Shown piece after piece: positions 1-7,846 of a DNA stretch of 24,446 nt. Where the stretch lies: positions 1-24,446 of IMG/VR virus record IMGVR_UViG_3300017913_000508, one strand, 5' to 3'. The DNA comes from a virus (taxonomy: Duplodnaviria > Caudoviricetes). The notes beneath the pieces are model-generated. The model was not told the DNA's origin. It saw only the letters and a program-made list of their open reading frames with translations, and did no database searches. Numbering within the stretch: the stretch's first letter is position 1; every line of letters begins with the position of its first letter. The position numbers and the translations under genes were made by a program.

Positions 1-1
1 A

Positions 2-664
2 GTGCGAGTAGGAATGCTACATTTAACTATACTTTGTCTCACCCTTTGAGTTGCAGGTGCAGTTGTATCAAATCATCTATCAGCAGAAACAAAGAATGTT
101 CCTGTTGTAGAGACAATTCAACTTGTGAACAACGAAGAATATTGGGCACTGGATGAATTAAAAGAATACCCAGAGGACACATTGTCACTATCAGAGGATT
201 ATGATGCTGACCTAGAGTGTTTTGCAAAGAACATTTACTTTGAAGCAGGTAATCAAGAACTTGCAGGTAAGTATGCTGTTGGACATGTTGTTCTCAATCG
301 ACTAAAGAGTGATAAATTTCCTGACACAATCTGTGGTGTAATTTACCAAGGACCTGTAAGGGAAAGTTGGGCGACCGCATCAAATGAAAATCTATCAGAT
401 GATGAACGAGTATATTACCCAAAAAGGCATCAGTGTCAATTCAGTTGGTACTGTGACGGACTAGCAGATGACCCGTATCAAGGTGAGAACTGGCAACGGT
501 CACTTGAGATTGCTGAAGAGATGCTTTCAATGTGGTATGCAAGTGAATATATGGTTGACATTACTGACGGAGCCATGTATTATCATGCAACATACGTTAA
601 CCCATATTGGGCGAAGACTATGAAAGTCGTTGCTCATATTGGTGACCATATTTTTTATCGATAA
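2..664 (+). CDS. SleB/Hydrolase_2-family cell wall hydrolase (lytic transglycosylase); the N-terminal signal-like segment is interrupted by an in-frame TGA at 47-49, and the uninterrupted ORF is 125..664
   Basis: Family motifs: NIYFEAGNQ (catalytic Glu), AVGHVVLNR, FPDTICGVIYQ, CQFSWYCDG, GAMYYHATYVNPYW, IGDHIFYR. The same frame reads VRVGMLHLTILCLTL*VAGAVV from position 2. The true start is uncertain (2, 14, 125 or outside the window). Confidence 0.88.
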
Positions 665-675
665 TAGGAGTGTAA

Positions 676-1365
676 ATGTCAGTACGCATTATATCATATT
701 CGCAACCTGCAAAGGGTGCGTTCATTGGACTAGACAATGTGCAAGAACTTATTGCATATTGTGCAAGAGTTAGCAATCCTGCTAACCAGATGAACAATGA
801 AACATCCACAAAACTTATTAAGTATCTAATCAAACATCAACACTGGTCTCCACTAGAGATGGTGTCTGCTTGTCTTGAGATTGATACTACCCGTGACATT
901 GCTCACCAAATTGTGCGACACCGTTCGTTCTCTTTTCAAGAGTTTAGTCAGCGTTATGCAAATCCAAAAGAAATGGGTGATATGTTTGTTCTCCGTGAAG
1001 CAAGATTGCAAGACACAAAGAACAGACAGAACTCTATTGATTTAGATATGACTGATGAATATGAAGGTGGACTTCACGACCGTTGGGTTGAGATGCAACA
1101 GCGTGTGATTAAAGAAGCGCAAACGGCATACAACTGGGCAATCGATAATGGTATAGCAAAAGAACAAGCAAGGGTAGTCTTGCCTGAAGGTCTAACTAAA
1201 ACTCGTCTGTATATGAATGGGACGATACGTTCTTGGGTTCATTACATTGAACTGCGTGGTGCTAATGGCACACAGAAAGAACACATGGAGATTGCTCATG
1301 CTTGCGCTAAAGTAATTAGTGAAATTTTCCCATTAGCAGAGGAGTTGATGAATGAAAGAGATTGA
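676..1365 (+). CDS. thyX: Flavin-dependent thymidylate synthase ThyX
   Basis: ThyX motif RHRSFSFQEFSQRY, plus HQHWSPLEM, AKEQARVVLP and RSWVHYIELR...TQKEH. SD AGGAG upstream. Confidence 0.97.
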   Translation: MSVRIISYSQPAKGAFIGLDNVQELIAYCARVSNPANQMNNETSTKLIKYLIKHQHWSPLEMVSACLEIDTTRDIAHQIVRHRSFSFQEFSQRYANPKEMGDMFVLREARLQDTKNRQNSIDLDMTDEYEGGLHDRWVEMQQRVIKEAQTAYNWAIDNGIAKEQARVVLPEGLTKTRLYMNGTIRSWVHYIELRGANGTQKEHMEIAHACAKVISEIFPLAEELMNERD

Positions 1366-1591
1366 GAGTTTTCCCTTGCCAATAAGCAGAGAACAATTTT
1401 GTAAAGAAGTACATGACTTAATGAGTGAGAAGCAGATACCTGCGGTAGATGCAATCATCATGCGTTGTCAAGTACACGAGATTGAACTTGAAGACGTAGC
1501 ACCGCTAATCGATGCGAAGATGAAAAGTGACTTGGAACAAGAGTTTCGAGAAATGAATTATCTACCTCGAATTGCAACGCTACCACTATGA
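1352..1591 (+). CDS. gp33: T4 gp33-like late-promoter transcription co-activator
   Basis: 79 aa with F..EV...M...VDAII..C....IELEDVAPLI...K..LE.E...MNYLP...LPL. It lies directly upstream of gp59-gp32, as in T4-likes. Confidence 0.88.
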   Translation: MKEIESFPLPISREQFCKEVHDLMSEKQIPAVDAIIMRCQVHEIELEDVAPLIDAKMKSDLEQEFREMNYLPRIATLPL

Positions 1592-2199
1592 GAATGACAC
1601 CGTTCGAAACATATAAAACATACCTTGCACTTAAACAACACTTTACCCTTGACAATTACGATTACTTCAAGTATAATGGTAAAGTAAGAGCAAGTGAGAA
1701 CTCTTTCAATAATCGAAAGGATAGGTTCTTCTTCAGTAAACTGTCGAGGGCTTTGAATGACGATGAGATTGTAGAACTCTTTGTTTCTAATTTCTTAGAG
1801 AGTGAAAAGACTTGGATTAAAGATATGTTCTCTGATGATGCGAAGGCTCGCTTTCGTAGATACCAGAAGACACTTCAATCGTTGTCTTACACTTTCAAAG
1901 AAGAGTTTGTGAAAGTCAGAGACTTCATGGACGAACACAATTTAGAGTTTGATGAATTGTTTGAGGTTCAAAAGAATGAACATCCGACTATCATCAAGTT
2001 ACATCTTGAAGGTGTTCTGTCTTTGCAGTCTTTGGTAATTGCAAACAAAGTTCTTAACTTTATGAGTAGGTTTGATAGATTGATTGATGAACCATATATC
2101 TACGGACCTCTCAGTGTGCGAGTTAAGAAGTATTCGCCTTTCTTGTCAATTGTTGATGAGACAAAATACAAGAAAATTTTAATTGAAATTTTTACTTGA
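1588..2199 (+). CDS. gp59: T4 gp59-like helicase loader
   Basis: MTPFETYKTYLALKQHFT..YDYFKYNGKVRAS..SF..RKDRFFFSKLSR, FVSNF, QSLSYTFKEE and KKYSPFL. ATGA overlap with gp33. Confidence 0.95.
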   Translation: MRMTPFETYKTYLALKQHFTLDNYDYFKYNGKVRASENSFNNRKDRFFFSKLSRALNDDEIVELFVSNFLESEKTWIKDMFSDDAKARFRRYQKTLQSLSYTFKEEFVKVRDFMDEHNLEFDELFEVQKNEHPTIIKLHLEGVLSLQSLVIANKVLNFMSRFDRLIDEPYIYGPLSVRVKKYSPFLSIVDETKYKKILIEIFT

Positions 2200-2224
2200 C
2201 AAAGGGGAAAGAATGCTATATAAT
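2196..2224 (+). promoter_or_regulatory. Consensus sigma70-type promoter for gp32
   Basis: TTGACA (2196-2201), 17-nt spacer, TATAAT (2219-2224): a perfect match about 75 nt upstream of the gp32 ATG. Confidence 0.9.
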
Positions 2225-2250
2225 ATGCACTATTAAATCATGGTTATGTG

Positions 2251-2297
2251 GATACGAAATCTGATACAACGACATACAAATATACAAGGAGATACAT
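2251..2297 (+). repeat. Five ATAC repeats in the A-rich gp32 leader (candidate translational operator)
   Basis: ATAC at 2252, 2264, 2274, 2282 and 2292, flanking the SD AAGGAG. Confidence 0.6.
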
Positions 2298-3215
2298 ATG
2301 TCTTTTGCAAATCTAAAAAAATCTGCTGGTGACTTTTCAAGTCTTGCAGACCAACTCAATAAAACATCTGCTGGTACACAGCAACAAACTAACTCCCGAG
2401 AAGATACACGTTTCTGGAAGCCAGACGTAGATAAGGCTGGTAACGGCTATGCTGTTATTCGTTTTCTACCTGCACCAGAAGGTGAAGAACTTCCTTGGGT
2501 GCGTCTATGGGACCACGGCTTTCAAGGTCCTGGCGGATGGTACATTGAGAACTCGCTTACTACTCTAGGTAAGCCAGACCCAGTTTCAGAGTATAACTCT
2601 AAATTGTGGAACTCAGGTGTCGAAGCGAACAAAGATGTTGTTCGTAAACAGAAGCGCCGTCTAAAGTATATCGCTAACATCTATGTTGTTAGTGACCCTA
2701 AGCATCCAGAGAATGAAGGTAAAGTATTCCTTTATCAGTTTGGTAAGAAAATCTTTGATAAGATTAACGAAGCCATGAACCCTGCATTCGAAGATTAGAC
2801 GCCAATTAACCCATTCGATTTTTGGACAGGCGCAAACTTCAAACTGAAAATTCGTCAGGTTGAAGGTTATCGTAACTACGATAAGTCTGAATTCGATAGT
2901 GCATCACAACTACTAGATAGTGATGAAGCACTTGAAGCAACTTGGAAGACTGAATATTCACTTCAGGAATTCCTTGACCCTAAGAACTTTAAGTCTTATG
3001 AGCAACTAAAGGCTCGCCTAGATAAAGTTCTTGGATTGACTGGAGCAGTAGCGGAATCAACTGCTGAAACTACACCAGTTCAATCATTTGATGCGCCAGC
3101 CGCATCAGTCGCATCTTCTGCACCAACTGCTACTGCAACAGTAGCGCAAGAGGCAAACACGGAAGAGGAAGACGATACGCTTTCCTATTTCGCTCAGTTG
3201 GCTAAAGAAGATTAA
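2298..3215 (+). CDS. gp32: T4 gp32-like single-stranded DNA-binding protein; 305 codons with one in-frame TAG at 2796-2798
   Basis: DKAGNGYAVIRFLPAP, HGFQGPGGWYIENSLTTLG and GKKIFDKI. After the TAG the frame continues TPINPFDFWTGANFKLKIRQVEGYRNYDKSEF to the acidic tail EEEDDTLSYFAQLAKED and TAA at 3213-3215. Confidence 0.95.
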
Positions 3216-3217
3216 CA

Positions 3218-3279
3218 ACTCGAAAGGAGTGAGGTTGTCTGAACCTAAAGTCGCAGAGTAAGCCTCGGACTAAATCAGA
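3218..3279 (+). ncRNA. Candidate structured RNA element (hairpin plus H-type pseudoknot) in the gp32 3' UTR
   Basis: Pairings found by eye: ACTC/GAGT, AGGT/ACCT, TCTGA/TCAGA, AGTC/GACT and GAG/CTC. No family recognised. Confidence 0.3.
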
Positions 3280-3291
3280 ACTTAGAAGTAG

Positions 3292-3326
3292 AAAGAGAGG
3301 GGACCTTGTGTCCCCTCTCGCCTTTT
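3292..3326. terminator. Intrinsic terminator between convergent gp32 and tape-measure units, possibly bidirectional
   Basis: 10-bp stem GAGAGGGGAC (3295-3304) / GTCCCCTCTC (3310-3319) with loop CTTGT, followed by GCCTTTT and preceded by AAA. Confidence 0.85.
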
Positions 3327-3345
3327 GTGTTGTAAAATTTTTCGC

Positions 3346-6039
3346 TTATTGTGCAGGAACTGCTGAACCACGATAATCGTCAGAAGAGTTTCTAACTGGT
3401 GTTATTGGAGTAACTCTTTGAATACCGACATTGTTTGTTGTTGATGGTGCAACGACAACTGCACCAGAGCCACCAGCATTACCACCGCTTCTTTCAACTG
3501 CTTGTAGGTCTTCTGTTTCTGCTTGTGTTGAATTCAAGAGTTGTCCAACTGTTGGAGCATCAGTTGTATATTCGTCATCGCCAACTTCAATTCCCATCTT
3601 GTCAGCAATTGATGCGGCATAATCATATTGCGCTTGTGAAACAGGGACGGATTCTCCTGTTTCAATATCCATAGTTTCAGTGATTGCACCAGATAAAATA
3701 TCTTCGGCATATTGGGCTCTATTAAGACCCGTTTGAACCAACCTCATTTTTCTTCTGTTGATTGGTCCTAGTCCACCGTTTTCTTCATCGATATAATCTA
3801 GTAATTCTTTTTGTCTTTCTAGGTCTGCTAAAGAAATGTTGTCGGAATTGACACCTCTTCTAAGTTGGCGTAATGACATTAACTCACTTACGTCAAAGTT
3901 TCCAGGTGAAGCGGCTTCTTCTGTAACAAGATTACTACTGTCATCACCAACACTTTCAGTTTCAGTTTCTAATTCTGGTTCTTCTTCATCATCTCCAAAT
4001 CCGAAGAATGATAGAACAGAAGCCTTTGCATCACTCATTGTGTCTTTGAAATTATTCCAGTATTCTCTTGCACCTTCAGTAACATCATTGACAAGATTAC
4101 CAACATACTCACCGACCGCTTGTAGTTCGTCATCAACCCCAATTGCTTCAGCACCAGACCAGAGAGCATCTTCTATTTTACCTAATGCTTCACCAGCCAT
4201 ATCTCCTACCGCTGAAATTCCAGTAGATATTTCACCTATTTTGTCTGTGGCAAAATCACTAACTGCACTTACTCCGTCTTTAACACTATCCATTGTAGTC
4301 GCACGAAGAACTGCGGCTGAATCCATAGCGGCTAAGTCTTCTGGCGAAATCTCTAAGTCTTCAGCAAGTAGAACAAGTTGCTCTTGTGTTAGACCAGCGG
4401 CACTTTCAAGTCCTGCTGGTAGTGCATCTACTTTCGCTTGTAGAGCGGCACGGTCTTCTTCAGACATACCTTCAATGTCAGGAATAGCCAATCCAGTAAG
4501 AGAATTTCTTACAGACGTAAATGCATTATCTACAGAAGTTGTGACTGAAGTTACTGCACTCGAAACTGTTGCTGAAAGACTATCCCACCATGATGGGTCA
4601 ACTTGAGAATTTAGTTCATCAGTAGCAGTGTCGAATGCGGCTTCAGCATCATAGAAAGATTGCTCTGCGACATCTAGTTGGTCATACATTGCTTGAGGTA
4701 CAGAAAGCCCTGCATCTTCCATTGCTTGAATTTGTGTATTCAAATCATTGTATGCATTTGCGGCTCTGTCTCTAGCGGCTTGAAGTTCAAATACTCTATC
4801 ACTTGCAATCGCTTGTGCGTTTACTTTATCAATTTCTGCTTGCATTTCTGCACGGGCGGCATTATATTGTTCTTGCGAAATTGTTCCATTTGCAAGTTGA
4901 GTTTCAAGCACATTCATTGTATCGATTAGTGCTTGCTGTCTATCTCTAATTTGGTTTGCAGTATCTTGTGCCATCTTATCCATATCTGGGTCGATGGCTT
5001 TTCCGATGAACTCGCCTGCAATGTTACCAACCATCGCACCAATACCAGCACCGATAGGTCCACCAAGAGCGAAACCGATTGCGCCACCAATTGCTGAACC
5101 TGCTACTGCACCAACATCTTCACCTTCAAGTCCAGTTGCAATATCATCATCCATGACAGAGGAGTACATATCGAATCCGTCTTTAGCCGCCATTCCAATT
5201 CCGCCAGCGATAGCGGCGATTGGTAGAGCCTTAGCAAGCATCGGTCCAAACTTAGTTGCTAGACCTGCAAGTCCACCTTTACCTAAGATACCACCTAAGA
5301 TATCATCTAAGAAACTGTCACCTTCAGCACCCTCAACTGCAACTTCAACATTGCTATCTTTATTTGCGATTGCTTCAAGTGCTTGTGTTTGGTCTTCTCT
5401 TGCTCTTGCTTCTTCTCTGCGATTTTCTTCTTCAGCGAAGTTTGCAGTTTCTTGCTCTGCACGCCAATTGTTATTATCTTCTCTTTGTGCAATCAGCGTT
5501 GTATCAACAGAAGCCATTGCTTCATCGATTGCTTGTCTTTGTTGCTGTGCTTCTTCTCTACGTTGTTTGATACTATCACCAATCCACTTTGTAGCGAACA
5601 TGATGACTGGGTTGTTTGAAGTAAGACCTGCAACAATAGAAGTTACATCGACAGCATTGTCTTCAAGTGTTTTCTTTGCCATTGAAACAAGAGACGAACC
5701 ATTCTGTGTGTTTTGTCTAAATGTTTCTTGAACTGTTTCTACTTGTTGTCTTAGTAAATCTCTTTCAACATCATTGAGGTCAGATGCTTGTTGAATTGTC
5801 TTTGAGATATCGTTGATTTTGTCTGTTGAATATTTTAACTGTTTACCAGTTGCTTTTTCTGAAGCCTCAACAGTTTTAGCAAGCATTTCAAAGTATGCTT
5901 TACCAGTAGCAGACATTCCATCTGCTTTACCTTCAATAGCCGCCATCGCAAGTTTAGTACGCTTCTCTGCTTCAGTAGCGTACTTGTCCAAATTCTCTTT
6001 GAGCATTTGGGCTTGTAGTTCTTTTATCGTGGCAGCCAT
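3346..6039 (-). CDS. Probable tail tape measure / gp29-like protein
   Basis: 897 aa, Ala/Gln/Glu-rich and predicted helical or coiled-coil, with a glycine-zipper hydrophobic segment (GAVAGSAIGGAIGFALGGPIGAGIGAMVG) and a C-terminal VVVAPSTTNN motif. It lies downstream of gp26/gp51. The call rests on composition and synteny. Confidence 0.65.
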   Translation of the reverse strand: MAATIKELQAQMLKENLDKYATEAEKRTKLAMAAIEGKADGMSATGKAYFEMLAKTVEASEKATGKQLKYSTDKINDISKTIQQASDLNDVERDLLRQQVETVQETFRQNTQNGSSLVSMAKKTLEDNAVDVTSIVAGLTSNNPVIMFATKWIGDSIKQRREEAQQQRQAIDEAMASVDTTLIAQREDNNNWRAEQETANFAEEENRREEARAREDQTQALEAIANKDSNVEVAVEGAEGDSFLDDILGGILGKGGLAGLATKFGPMLAKALPIAAIAGGIGMAAKDGFDMYSSVMDDDIATGLEGEDVGAVAGSAIGGAIGFALGGPIGAGIGAMVGNIAGEFIGKAIDPDMDKMAQDTANQIRDRQQALIDTMNVLETQLANGTISQEQYNAARAEMQAEIDKVNAQAIASDRVFELQAARDRAANAYNDLNTQIQAMEDAGLSVPQAMYDQLDVAEQSFYDAEAAFDTATDELNSQVDPSWWDSLSATVSSAVTSVTTSVDNAFTSVRNSLTGLAIPDIEGMSEEDRAALQAKVDALPAGLESAAGLTQEQLVLLAEDLEISPEDLAAMDSAAVLRATTMDSVKDGVSAVSDFATDKIGEISTGISAVGDMAGEALGKIEDALWSGAEAIGVDDELQAVGEYVGNLVNDVTEGAREYWNNFKDTMSDAKASVLSFFGFGDDEEEPELETETESVGDDSSNLVTEEAASPGNFDVSELMSLRQLRRGVNSDNISLADLERQKELLDYIDEENGGLGPINRRKMRLVQTGLNRAQYAEDILSGAITETMDIETGESVPVSQAQYDYAASIADKMGIEVGDDEYTTDAPTVGQLLNSTQAETEDLQAVERSGGNAGGSGAVVVAPSTTNNVGIQRVTPITPVRNSSDDYRGSAVPAQ

Positions 6040-6044
6040 GAGTT

Positions 6045-6371
6045 TTATTTACCTTTTGTGTACGCTTCTTTTCCGTAGAATGCGGCTATGATTGCGGCAA
6101 CAGAAACGAAGTAAGTGGCAGCCATATCACCAAGAATATCACTGGCTTTTTCTAGTCCTAAGAAAGATGCCAGTACAACTGCGAATGGATACAATAGCAT
6201 TCCTGCTAGTGCAAACCAAGCCATGTTTCTTTGTGCATCTTCTTTCTTATCTTCATTCTCAATTCGTAGCATTCTCTCATGCTTCTCAAGTTCCTCGTTA
6301 CTTACTACGCCATCTCCGTTTAGGTCAGCGTCTTCTAGTACAGAACCTTGTTCTAGTTGTTTTTGTGCCAT
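6045..6371 (-). CDS. Small two-TM membrane protein with an N-terminal EF-hand loop (holin-like topology, function unknown)
   Basis: DLNGDGVVSNEE is a canonical 12-residue EF loop. TM segments are WFALAGMLLYPFAVVLASFLGL and MAATYFVSVAAIIAAFYG, followed by a basic C-terminus. Confidence 0.75.
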   Translation of the reverse strand: MAQKQLEQGSVLEDADLNGDGVVSNEELEKHERMLRIENEDKKEDAQRNMAWFALAGMLLYPFAVVLASFLGLEKASDILGDMAATYFVSVAAIIAAFYGKEAYTKGK

Positions 6372-6373
6372 TG

Positions 6374-6574
6374 TTACTTTCTTCTCTGTAGATTTCTCTG
6401 TTTAATTTTTTCATTTTCATTCTGAATCCATTGTTGTAACATTGCAACGTAAATCTCACGTTCCCACGGCATCATATTATCTAACTCTGTCAATGAATAT
6501 TTATGATGTTGCATCATAGCAAAGTTAGTCGAAAACATATTTTCTAGGCTTTCATGGCTAAGCCCTATACGAAA
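6374..6574 (-). CDS. gp51: gp51-like baseplate hub assembly catalyst segment; probably reached by -1 frameshift from gp26 (alternative ATG at 6538)
   Basis: LSHESLEN..STNFAMMQHHKYSLTELDNMMPWEREIYVAML is the short gp51 signature of marine T4-likes. There is no SD before ATG 6538, and the ORF-track start at 6619 is a TTG inside gp26. Confidence 0.85.
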   Translation of the reverse strand, partial: FRIGLSHESLENMFSTNFAMMQHHKYSLTELDNMMPWEREIYVAMLQQWIQNENEKIKQRNLQRRK

Positions 6575-7296
6575 AAATCTTTTAGTCCCTTTAATCTGTG
6601 AATAGTCTTCTCGCCGCAACCCTTACAAGTGTACTCAAATTGATACTCAAGTGCAGGTGCAGATGTAAAGAAGTCTTCAATTTTCTTAAACTGTTCTGAT
6701 GTTAGTGTGTCGAAGAACTCTTTTAGTTCTTCATCAGTAGCATCTTCAGCCTTGTGCATTTGCTCTTCATCCCAAATATATTCTGTACATCTTCTCAACA
6801 ATGCCATGATACGGGAAACGCTGTCTTTTGCGTCATCCGCTAATGTTGATAATACTTCCATAGATGGGTGCTTCAGTTTGATACCAACTGTATCTGTTAA
6901 CTTAATTTTTGGGTCAATCTTGTCTTTGTATACAAGTTTAATATCTTCAATATCGATATCAACTTCTTGTATATGAGAACATTTTTGTCCCATACGGTTC
7001 TGACCGTTTTTGTGTCTGAACTTCAGGCTGATAGTTTCACCTACCGACTTAGCACGAAGTTGCAAAAAGATATATTCAATGTCATATGAGGTTGCTTCAT
7101 TGATATTGAAATCTTTTGTCAGAATACAATTTGTTGCGATTTGCTTGATTGCTCTAAGCATATCACCTTCTTTTTCACCTAGTGCCATAAGAAGAATTTT
7201 TTCTTCCTTGACAAGAAAGGGTCTATATTGTATAGTCTTTCCTGTAGATGGTTGTTCCATTTCAAAAGTAGGAACATCAAGTTTTGGTAATGCCAT
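6565..7296 (-). CDS. gp26: T4 gp26-like baseplate hub assembly protein
   Basis: MALPKLDVP, YRPFLVKEEKILLMA, DIEYIFLQLRAKSVGE, QFKKIEDFF...P, C..CG and GLKDFF. SD GAGGTG. Confidence 0.93.
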   Translation of the reverse strand: MALPKLDVPTFEMEQPSTGKTIQYRPFLVKEEKILLMALGEKEGDMLRAIKQIATNCILTKDFNINEATSYDIEYIFLQLRAKSVGETISLKFRHKNGQNRMGQKCSHIQEVDIDIEDIKLVYKDKIDPKIKLTDTVGIKLKHPSMEVLSTLADDAKDSVSRIMALLRRCTEYIWDEEQMHKAEDATDEELKEFFDTLTSEQFKKIEDFFTSAPALEYQFEYTCKGCGEKTIHRLKGLKDFFV

Positions 7297-7315
7297 ATTA
7301 TTTCACCTCAATTGT

Positions 7316-7846
7316 TTATATGTCAGCACCGCCTCCAGCGGTACCCCATGTTTTATATGCAAACGTCACACTTAATTTTGCGATATCATTTTGTGTCGAA
7401 TGATTTACATCAAGTGATGCTACATTTATTGGATATGCATCGATTAGTACACAAGTATGAACTTTTTCATTTTTACGATTGTACACGTTGATAGTTATCT
7501 GTGATTTATATTCATCAATGTAAGACATATAGCCTGTGCCTTTATTATGAATAAGATTTTGCCAGCCATCAAACCACTCTTTTAGAAGCAAACCACTGTC
7601 CATACGAATAGTCATTGTCACATCTTCAAAGATGGTATTATAAGGTCTCTTTTGTGTGAAGCCTGTACCAATCTTAATATCACTTGTTGCGAATGAACGA
7701 CCAGGTAATGTAACACTCTCTACATACTGTGGTAGAAAGTTTGGCATGTTTAAGTAACGTGCTGGACTAGAAATTGCTACGTCAAATCTATTGCCGTAGT
7801 TGAAATCCCATCTTGAGATTTGTGATTTGATGTTTTCGATACTCAT
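7316..7846 (-). CDS. gp54-like tail tube initiator (gp19 tube-fold family)
   Basis: NRFDV, ESVTLPGRSFAT, KRPY, WFDGWQNLI, Y..EY, L.DAYP and LSVTFAY. It lies between gp2 and gp26. Confidence 0.75.
   Translation of the reverse strand: MSIENIKSQISRWDFNYGNRFDVAISSPARYLNMPNFLPQYVESVTLPGRSFATSDIKIGTGFTQKRPYNTIFEDVTMTIRMDSGLLLKEWFDGWQNLIHNKGTGYMSYIDEYKSQITINVYNRKNEKVHTCVLIDAYPINVASLDVNHSTQNDIAKLSVTFAYKTWGTAGGGADI

Noticed and set aside
3216-3291. Assignment to a known ribozyme (hammerhead, HDV/theta, twister, pistol) or tRNA
   Set aside because: The required cores (CUGANGA/GAAA, HDV P3-L3 with P1.1, twister L4, tRNA T-loop) could not be matched. It is kept only as an unassigned candidate.
3431-6405. 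Long + strand ORFs (e.g. 3836..4606, 4994..5731) opposite the tape-measure-like gene
   Set aside because: They are Ser/Pro/Ala-rich antisense shadows of a codon-biased gene, with no SD or recognisable motifs.
6575-6619. TTG start at 6619 for gp51
   Set aside because: It lies inside gp26 with no convincing SD, and the residues before the slippery site do not resemble gp51.
7313-7320. TATAAACA near-consensus late promoter upstream of gp26 (- strand)
   Set aside because: It has one mismatch, overlaps the upstream stop codon, and its start site would fall within the gp26 SD.
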